Source: Reclinomonas americana ATCC 50394 (lineage: Eukaryota). Taken from it: DNA of 64,000 nucleotides. The stretch is from contig PS015032.1 in NCBI GenBank assembly GCA_048213135.1, positions 144,096-208,095 of the forward strand. The letters are read 5' to 3'. Positions 54,256-64,000 of the stretch are shown here, piece by piece. How positions within the stretch are numbered: the first letter of the stretch is position 1; the number at the start of each line of letters is the position of its first letter. The translations under genes were made by a program, and so were the position numbers. A model generated the notes under the pieces. It worked only from the letters and a program-made list of their open reading frames with translations, searched no databases and was not told the origin of the DNA.

Positions 54256-57200
54256 CTTCCTGCTTGATTTGTCCATTCCACCGTGCATGTCTGCAATACG
54301 AAAGAGAACGGGAGAGAGAGCGATCTAGCAGGGTGTGTGACAGGCGCTTCCATTAGAAGAGATCTCTTTCTGTGACATCGAACAAGTATCAATGGTTTCT
54401 CTTTATTGCCTTGTCGATCTGTCTCGTTGTGCGTCAACACTTGCACTGACAGTGTCCTGCCAATGCGCACAGAATCCGAGTTGCAAGAACCGCCACCCGC
54501 GACTGCCAATGGCGTGGATCCACCCGCCGCTGCAGTTGCGCGAATCCCCCAATCTCCTCTTCCATTTTCCCCCACTCATGTTCTCTCTCATCTCTCTATC
54601 TCTCATTTGCACTCTCTGTCATTTACTCTCCCCTTTCGCCCATTCCCCTCTCTCCCTAACTCCCTTTCTCCCTTCTCCCCCTTTCCCTGCTCACCCTCTT
54701 TCCCTTTTNNNNNNNNNNNNNNNNNNNNNNNNNNNNNNNNNNNNNNNNNNNNNNNNNNNNNNNNNNNNNNNNNNNNNNNNNNNNNNNNNNNNNNNNNNNN
54801 NNNNNNNNNNNNNNNNNNNNNNNNNNNNNNNNNNNNNNNNNNNNNNNNNNNNNNNNNNNNNNNNNNNNNNNNNNTCCCCTTCCCCTTTCCCCATCTCCTC
54901 ACATCACACTGCGGCGGCTCATTGACCGGCGGACGGGTGACCATCAGCTGCGTGCTGCCAATGGCCGTCTGCACGGCGATGCGCCCGCGCGGCGGCAACG
55001 GCACCTCCGTGACAAAGTTCGTAATGTATCTCTCGATCGGCAGCGGCGACGGCATGATGGAGAGGCGGTACAGCTCGGTGAGGTAGGTCTTGAAGAGGCC
55101 AAACATGGGCCAGTGGGAGAGCAGGCAGAGGACTTTGGGGGCGTAGAGCATGTCCGGGCACTCGAAGCCCTCCACCTGGGGAGGGGAAGGGGGAAAGGGG
55201 GAGAAGGGGGTGAGNNNNNNNNNNNNNNNNNNNNGGGGAAGGGGGAAGGGAGGGGAAAGGGGGGAAGGGGAAGGAGGGGGAAGGGGATTGTGTTTGGGCG
55301 AAAGTAGAGTGAGTGAGAGAAGTGAAATAGCGATGAGCATGCAGACACATTGGACGGAGAGGTGCATGCTTGAGGAACAAGAGTGAGCGATTCAATCGGT
55401 GTAACACAACTGGCTGGGAGACAGCGAGAATGGAGCAGACACAGATTCGATGAGGGAGAGGAGAGTATTTGAGTACGAGGTGAGTGAGCAAGTCAATCAG
55501 TACAATGAGCAGTTTGAGACACGCTTGGGAAGATGACAAGGGGAGAATATTTAAGCGGAAGGAAAGTGAGCGAGTCAGGGCACCGGGAGATAACGATAAT
55601 GTGGCGAGCACAGACACGATGGGGCTGAAGGGAGAAGAGAGTGAGCGAGCAATGGGTGCAACACAAGCAATCGAGTGAGTTCGATACTCCAGCAACTGGG
55701 AGAGAGGAGAACGAGCGCATTGACAAGCAATTGGAACAGAGCGATAATGTAGCGCGCACAGGCACGATGAGAGAGAGAGAGGAGAATTGTCACCAGTAGG
55801 AGAGCAAGCGAGGCAACGGGTGCTGGGAGATAGCGATAATGTGGCGAGCACAGACACGATGGGGGATGAAGGGGAGAAGAGAGTGAGCGAGCAATGGGTG
55901 CAACACAAGCAATTGAGTGAGTTCGATAATCCAGCAAGAGGGGGAGAGGAGTGAGCGCATTGACAAGCAATTGGGACAGAGCGATAATGTAGCACTTCAC
56001 AAACACGATGAGAGAGAGAGAGAGAGAGAGAGCTGGCGACAGCCTCAACACTTGACGCACCTTGCAATGCATCTGCATCGGCCGTCGACTCATCAATGTC
56101 GGTCATTGGAGACGACATTGACCCCGCTGACGAGCCAGTCAGAATCGGCGGAGGCGCCGCCTGTGTGAGAGGAGNNNNNNNNNNNNNNNNNNNNNNNNNN
56201 NNNNNNNNNNNNNNNNNNNNNNNNNNNNNNNNNNNNNNNNNNNNNNNNNNNNNNNNNNNNNNNNNNNNNNNNNNNNNNNNNNNNNNNNNNNNNNNNNNNN
56301 NNNNNNNNNNNNNNNNNNNNNNNNNNNNNNNNNNNNNNNNNNNNNNNNNNNNNNNNNNNNNNNNNNNNNNNNNNNNNNNNNNNNNNNNNNNNNNNNNNNN
56401 NNNNNNNNNNNNNNNNNNNNNNNNNNNNNNNNNNNNNNNNNNNNNNNNNNNNNNNNNNNNNNNNNNNNNNNNNNNNNNNNNNNNNNNNNNNNNNNNNNNN
56501 NNNNNNNNNNNNNNNNNNNNNNNNNNNNNNNNNNNNNNNNNNNNNNNNNNNNNNNNNNNNNNNNNNNNNNNNNNNNNNNNNNNNNNNNNNNNNNNNNNNN
56601 NNNNNNNNNNNNNNNNNNNNNNNNNNNNNNNNNNNNNNNNNNNNNNNNNNNNNNNNNNNNNNNNNNNNNNNNNNNNNNNNNNNNNNNNNNNNNNNNNNNN
56701 NNNNNNNNNNNNNNNNNNNNNNNNNNAATTGTCACCAGTAGGAGAGCATGCGAGGCAATAGATGCAATACGAACAGGTGAAAGATGGCTATTATGCAGCA
56801 AGCACAGACAAGATGGGCGAAGCTACGAGTGTGAGCACAAGGAGAGCGAGCGAGTCAATGGGTGGCGAGGAGAAGAGGGAGAAGACTAGAGTGTTTGAGC
56901 ATGACGTGAGTGAGCGAGTACACAAGAAGTTGGAAGACGAATTTGCTTCACTCACTCTTTGTTTGTCACGCAGGTGCCGATGAAGTACCTCTTCCAGGCG
57001 CTGGAGATTGACAACGTGCTGATGCTGCTGTATGCGATTCTGCTGGAGCAGAAAGTGGTGCTGCTGTCGTCGCGCCTGTCGCTGTTGACGTACTGTGCCG
57101 AGGGTGCGCTCTCTCTTTTCAAATCCCTCCGCCCTCCCTCTCTCCCTCCCTCTCATCCCTCTTTCCCCACTCCGCAGCCGCTCTGGCCCTGATCTTCCCC

Positions 57201-59562
57201 TTCCACTGGGAACACGTGTACATTCCCGTGCTGCCGCCGTTGCACGTCGACTTTCTCACGGCACCTGTGCCGTATTTGATGGGGTTGCCGGTGGACAACT
57301 TTTCGATGGACATGATGCCGGCGGAGGTGGTGTGGGTGGATTTGGATCGGAATATTGTGCATTTTCCGCCGGAGGTGTGTGAGGGAGAGATGGGGGGAAG
57401 GGGGAAGGGAGGGGGAGAAGGGTGATAAAGGGAAGGTGAAAGAGAGAAAGGGGTGAGCAGGGAGAAGGGAGGGGAAGGGCGATAGAGGGAAAGGGGAAAG
57501 GGAAGCGCGAAGGGAAAGGGGAGGAGGGGCAGTTGTCTTTGTGCACGATGAGTCGTGGTAGAGTCGGTGAGTGTAGAACGAAGAGAGCAAAATTGAGAGA
57601 GGGGTGGAAACCGGATATATGTTTGTTAGGAGAGCATGTAGAACGGAAACATGAAGAGCTGCTCTCTTTCGTGATGGAGTAGGACGAGCAGCTGTTGGTG
57701 CGAGAATGGCATATGTTGAGACAGTGAAGCTGCAACGGCGAGTGCGATGAGCTGCACGTGGTTGTTGTTGTGTGTGTTTCTTCGTGTGCGTGGGTGCGAG
57801 CGTGTATGTGTGTGAGAGTGAGTGTGAGATGGACAGTGCGATATCTTTCTATGCTTGAGTTGGAAAGTCGCGGAGACAAGAGATGCCGAGAGCGGTGATT
57901 GCACTGAGATGTAACGTGTTAAACGAAGAGAGAGTGTATGTCACTACGCAAGAGAGACGATTTCAGTTGATTTTTCACGTCTCAGTCCTCGCTCTCTGTC
58001 TCTCTCTCTCTCTCTCACGCACGAAGATGCGCGAAACAGAGGGAAAGGCAAGCGAGTTAGTTTGTAAGTGAGAGAAGTGAGGACGGTAAGCCAGAGAGGA
58101 GGAGAGGTGAGGGGTTGCAGTTGAAATGAGCACGAGATAGAAAGCGAACGGGAGATTTTAGGGGAAAGAGAGATCTTTCGTTCATCCTTTCCTCGGCCTC
58201 TCCCTTCCACTTCCCCGCCCTTCTTCTCCCTCTCCCGTCTCCTTCATCTCTCTCGTCTCAGTCCCCCACATCACTTCCATTCTCTTTCTTTCTTGCAATC
58301 ATTTCGACTGCACCCTTTCGCCTCTCCTTCTCTCTGAATCGGCGTCCTCACATCTTCTCTCTCTTACCTTCTTCCTCCCTCTCTCTTCTCCTTCCCCACC
58401 CTACCCCTATCCCTTCCCCTTCCCTTTCCTCCTTCGTCCCTTTCCTAACATCCCTTCCCTCCTTTCTCAGTTCGACTACGGCGGCTTCCCCGAAAAACCC
58501 CGCTCGAAACTCCTCAAGCGCCTCCGCGAGGTGGTGCCGGCCTTCGAGCCCGATCACCCCGACCTCATGCTGGCCGACTCGGCATTTTACGTGCCCCTCC
58601 CGCCGATGGACATGATCGATTCGCCGCCCGTGCAAGGCTCCGGCGGCGGCGGCTCGCACGGCAAGAGCGCTCCGCGTCGCCCGCGCGAGTTTGATCAGCA
58701 GGAGACGCGCGAGGCGTTCCTGCGCTTCTACGTCGGCATCTTCCAGCGCTACCGCAATCACATGATGCGCGAGGAGGACATTAAGACGCCGATGGAGCCG
58801 GATCAGGTGTTTCGGACGCAGCCGTTTATTCGGGATGCGACGGATCCGGCGGGGAGGGTGAGTGTGCGGGAAAAGGAGAAGGATCAGAGAGGGTGGCGTG
58901 CTGATTGTTTTTGTGGGGGGTGCAGAAATTCCTGTCGCGCTTTGTGGAGACGCAGTTGTGGATGCGGTTCCTGCAGGATCGCATCGATCGGGCGGTGCGG
59001 ATACATCAGTCGCATTTGAATCAGGCGATGTATGATGTGTCGGCGAGGTAAGATATGAAGGGGAAGGAGAAGGGGAAGTGGAAGGGGAAGGGGGGCGGAG
59101 GGGAAGGGGTTNNNNNNNNNNNNNNNNNNNNGAGAGAGAGAGAGAGAGAGAGAGACGACGACGACACGACGACGACGACGAAGGGAGAGAAGCAACATGT
59201 GCGAATGGAAAAACGAGAAACGTGGAGAACAGTGTGCGCGAACGAGCGTGAATAACCCACCGAGAATAGAGAGGCACACACGTGGCGAGAGGGGCAGAGA
59301 GAGAGAGAGAGAGAGAGTTCAGGAAACGACAACGCAAACATGGCGAGAGAACGATCGAGAGGGGCAGAGCAATTGTGCATAGGAAATAACGACGACGTCA
59401 GAGAAAGACTCTGATTTCTCAATCGCTGAATGCAGTCGATCTTCAGCCTCACGCGACGAGAAAGAGCTGATCCACTCGTCAACAAACCGACGATGCGCCA
59501 AGGAGAGGAGAACACATTGAAACAAACAAATATTGACAAGAATGAGCACACACACACACACA

Positions 59563-59595
<33 letters not shown>

Positions 59596-60166
59596 CAAGA
59601 ACTGTGATACGACAGAAGAAACAGACAGACGAGACAAAGACCAATGGAGACAGTCAAACAACAATATACAGAGAGACACAGGGCAGCGACTGTGTCGCAG
59701 GGCATGGCAAAAAGGGGACACCGAAAAAAGACGAACTGCTACACTTTCCCCCTCTCCACCTTTCCACTCTCTTCCCCTCACGCCCCATTCTCCAACACCC
59801 TTGACCCTTGACAAAGGAACAGAGAGAGAGAGAGAGAGACATACACCATTGAGAGGACGAAGACAACAAGCAAATCTGCAGAAAGATAGAGCAGCGACCG
59901 AGCCGCCAGACCGAAAAAGGGAAAAGAACCAGAAACACACCCATGAGAGAAACATTGCCCTTCCCTTCCCCCTCATTGACCTTCCCCTTCCATCCCCTTC
60001 CCCTTCNNNNNNNNNNNNNNNNNNNNNNNNNNNNNNNNNNNNNNNNNNNNNNNNNNNNNNNNNNNNNNNNNNNNNNNNNNNNNNNNNNNNNNNNNNNNNN
60101 NNNNNNNNNNNNNNNNNNNNNNNNNNNNNNNNNNNNNNTCTCTCGCTTGTCTGCTTGCCTGTCTGT

Positions 60167-60235
<69 letters not shown>

Positions 60236-61046
60236 TTCTCTGTCTGTCTGTCTGGTCTCCCTGTGCGTGTGTGTCTCTCTTTCTCTCTGTGTGTGTCTGA
60301 CTGTCTAGCATTGCTTCACTCTTCTCTTTACTCGTTCTGTGCTTGTTCTTCTACCTGTACGGAGCGCTGGCATCTTTGTTTTTCTCCCTTTCCCTCATCT
60401 TCCTTTCCTCCCTTACCCTCCCCGCTCACCATCGCTTCCCCCCATCGCAGATCATCACCCGACGGCGACAGCGAACCACACACGTCGTTTGCGGCGGCAT
60501 TGACGCCAGAAGTTGCGCAATTTACACAACTATCTTTCGTCCCCGCTGCTAACGCGCCCGGCGCAGGATTACGAGATAATTTACTTTGACGAGAGCATTG
60601 CGGCCAAGGAGAATCGCAGCCTGCTGAGACTATCCAAACGAGATACACCGTTTCTGCACGACCCCAGGTGCGTATCTACGCCGCACCCTTTGTCCTGGCC
60701 CGTTTGTTGACGTGCTGTGGGGTGAGCAGTTTTCGAATCAGCAAGACTGTCGTGTCGCCGTCACCAGATCCGTCGGGGCTGCCTCCAGGTTTGTACGATG
60801 TGCTCTTGCACACAACACGCAAAGAGAGGGACACAGACATACGCAGAGAGTCGCACACAGACAAGGTGACATTCACACAAAGCACGCTGATGGCATTGCA
60901 CACAGACACACGCAAACTTGACTTTGACAAACAACACTCTATGCTCACTCTCACTCTCTCACACAAGCACACATAGACTGAGAGAGAGAGAGAGAGACGC
61001 GTACACATGTTGAGCGAGATCGACTGAGGAAGAGAAAGAGAGGAGA

Positions 61047-61097
<51 letters not shown>

Positions 61098-61371
61098 CGC
61101 ACACAAAGAAAACATAAATTATGCAGAGATAGAGATCGGCACACGTCGACACACGCGAGACAGGCAGACAGACAGAGAGATAGAGATAGATAGAGAAAGA
61201 GAAAGAGCGTGACACCCCTCTTGCACTCTCACGCTCAGGCAAACTTACGTACGCACAAATGCAGAGAGTCACAGATGAGCACATCCACTCACTGGCACAA
61301 AACGCGCGGGCACCTCAAATGCATTTGCACACAGACACATAAGGCCCTTGAGTTTGAGAAAACGACGCTCT

Positions 61372-61408
<37 letters not shown>

Positions 61409-62833
61409 NNNNNNNNNNNNNNNNNNNNNNNNNNNNNNNNNNNNNNNNNNNNNNNNNNNNNNNNNNNNNNNNNNNNNNNNNNNNNNNNNNNNNNNNNNNN
61501 NNNNNNNNNNNNNNNNNNNNNNNNNNNNNNNNNNNNNNNNNNNNNNNNNNNNNNNNNNNNNNNNNNNNNNNNNNNNNNNNNNNNNNNNNNNNNNNNNNNN
61601 NNNNNNNNNNNNNNNNNNNNNNNNNNNNNNNNNNNNNNNNNNNNNNNNNNNNNNNNNNNNNNNNNNNNNNNNNNNNNNNNNNNNNNNNAAAGCGAGCTAG
61701 TTTTCTGGTTTCTTTTCTCACCCTCTCGTTTCCTTTCCCTTCTCTTCCGTCACTCCCAGACTCCGTTTCCATGCTTCACACGCAGTTTTGTGATCCTCTC
61801 TCTCCCCCCTCGCACTCTCTTAATGTGTTTCCGAGAGAGAACCGGGGAACAGAAAGCGAGCTAGTTTTCTAGTTTCATTTCTCACCCTCTCTATTCCTTT
61901 CCCTTCTCTTCCGCTCTTTCTGTCACTCTGAGACTCCGTTTCCATCCTTCATGCGCAGTTTTGTGATCTTCTCTCTCTCCCTCGCTCTCTCTTAATGTGT
62001 TTTCGATTGAGAGAGAGAACTGGGGAAAAGAAGGCGAGCTAGTTTTCTGGTTTCATTTCTCACCCTCTCCATTCCTTTCCCCTTCTCTTCCGCTCTTTCG
62101 GTCACTCCCAGACTCCGTTTGCATCCTTCACACGCAGTTTTGTGATCCTCTCTCTCCCCCTCGCTCTCTCTTAATGTGTTTTCGATTGAGAGAGAGAGAG
62201 AGCCGGAAAAATGAGCGAGCACTTCATCGTTTCATTTCTCACCCTCTCTACCCCTTCTCCCTCCTCTAGGCTCTCAATCCCACCGCATCTACTTCCACTT
62301 GGAGAACATTTGCCCGAAGTGCAATCACCCGCTCACGGACGAGCAAGTTCGTGAGGGCTGGACGTGGACGGCGCACGACTATTGCACGACGTGTCCGAAG
62401 TGCAAGCAGCGCTTTGTCTCGCGATTCTTGGTGCGTGTTGAGGTGGGAGAGTGACTTTATTGTACCTGTACTCATTTCTTGTCCCGCAGGTGTATCTTGG
62501 TGGTCGACCAGGATCTCGCTCAGGTAGCACGTTATTCTTCTCGTTCCGCTCTTCTCCTTTCTTGTCTCACTCGCCCGCAGCCACGGCAGCGGCAGGACGC
62601 GCCTCACAAGAGACGCGATCGTCGAGTGAGCGACATTCGACGGATTCGTTGCGTCCTGTCGTCCTCCGCTCTTCCTCTGAGAACCTGTGTTGATGAATTT
62701 CGGGCGCAGGAGACGGCACTCGGGCAACTTTCGGTCGCCGGCGGAGAGGGTGCGAAGGACGTCGCCGGGAATCACGTGCGAGTACCTCAACCCGATTCTG
62801 TTGAAGAAGGAGGTGGAGAATTTGTTGCGAAAG
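53726..62833 (+). CDS. DENND4: DENN-domain Rab GEF, DENND4-like (partial; two exons in 54875-56174 shown on the minus strand)
   Basis: uDENN IVDHYP. cDENN PKVLCLLSHWP…PIERYITNFVTEVPLPP, LLEQKVVLLS…LIFPFHWEHVYIPVLP…APVPYLMG. dDENN REAFLRFY, ETQL. C-terminal CPKC…DEQVREGW…TTCPKC…F and EYLNPILLKKEVENLL, typical of DENND4. Confidence 0.85.
61690..62225. repeat. Intronic tandem repeat (~170 bp unit, 3 copies)
   Basis: gcgagctagttttct…cagttttgtgatc…cttaatgtgttt repeated. Confidence 0.85.
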
Positions 62834-64000
62834 GTATGGGAAGCACGAGGGAGGCACAAGGGGAAGCAGAAGGGGAAGGGGGAGAAGGGGTTGAAGGGTG
62901 AAGGAGAAGGGAGAGAGATTGAGAGTGAGATTGTCTTTATTTTTGTTGATAGAGGGAGCTGACTCTCTCTCTCTCTCTCTCTGTAGATATTTATGTGCGA
63001 GAGGGAGGACAGAATTCGAGAGCGTGAGATTGTGTTGTGATAGCTGTATGTGTGTATGTATGTATGTTAGGGGACAGAATTCAAGAGTATCAGGTTGTCT
63101 GTGTGTTTGTCGATAGACAGGAGGATCCAAGTGCTGGATGATCTCTCTCTGTGCATGTGTGTGTGAGAGGGAGCCTGTTAGATCGTCTTTGTTTTGTCGA
63201 TAGAGAGGAGGATCCAGTTGTCTCTAATTCTCTCACGTGTGCTCGCGTGTGTGTGAAAGACGGAGGGAGAATGATTGTCATTGCTTGTGTCGATAGAGAG
63301 GAGGATCCACTTGATGAATCGTCTGTCTCTCTATGTCTCTGTATGTGTGTATGTGTGAGAGGGAGGGACGGGATGAAAGAGATGAGAACTCTCTCTTTCT
63401 CTTTCTCCGTTGTTCAAGAGAGGGAGAATGGGAGATGGGAAATAGGTTGTCGTTGTTTGTGTCGACGAAGAGGCTTCACTTGCCGAATTGTCTCTCTCTT
63501 TCTGCTTTTCTCTCTCTCTCTTGCTCGTTCTCTGTTTCTCAATCTCCATGTACTGCATGTGTGTGTGTGTGTGCGTGTGTACGAGGCAGAATAAAAGAGA
63601 TGAGACCTGTAGGGTTGTCTTTGTTTGTGTCGATAAAGAGGCTTCATGCTATTTCTCTCTCTTTTGCTCGTTCTCTCTTTCTTTTTCTCCGTCTGCTGCA
63701 TGTGTGTGCGAGAATGAGAGGGAGAATGAGAGAGATATGCGACCTGAGAATGTCTTTGTTGTGTCGACAAAGAGGATTCACTTGCAAAATCGTCGCTCTG
63801 TTTCTCTCTCTCTTTTTCTTGTTCTCTCTTTCTCTATCTCAGTGTGCTGCACTTGTGCGAGGGAGAGGGAGATATGAGACCTGTGAGATTGTCTGTGTTG
63901 TGTCGATGAAAAGGCTTCAGTTGTCGAATCGTCTCTCTCTTTCTCTCGTTCTCTCTTTCTCCTTCTCCGTGTGTTGCATGTGTGTGCGAGTGCGAGGGAG

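Overview
Draft-assembly window from an intron-rich, microsatellite-rich eukaryote (probably a protist). It has many N gaps and no prokaryotic features. Housekeeping genes reconstructed by manual splicing are Sec24, an AAAP/SLC38-type amino-acid transporter, a probable CWC25, a DENND4-like Rab GEF and a trichohyalin-like coiled-coil gene. A four-exon selenoprotein K-like gene (…CSTGG-U-S-stop) is not visible as a whole in the ORF track. An accessory region contains a P-loop NTPase-TIR/SEFIR fusion encoded in one long exon. It also has three related long coiled-coil proteins that share a C-terminal alpha/beta domain, one of them with an N-terminal CBM48-like domain. Part of this region arose by a local segmental duplication, and tandem copies of the terminal exon follow two of these genes. 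The organism often uses an atypical GTTGCG splice donor. Two gap-bounded blocks appear inverted by scaffolding. All calls are from reading the sequence by eye, without database searches.
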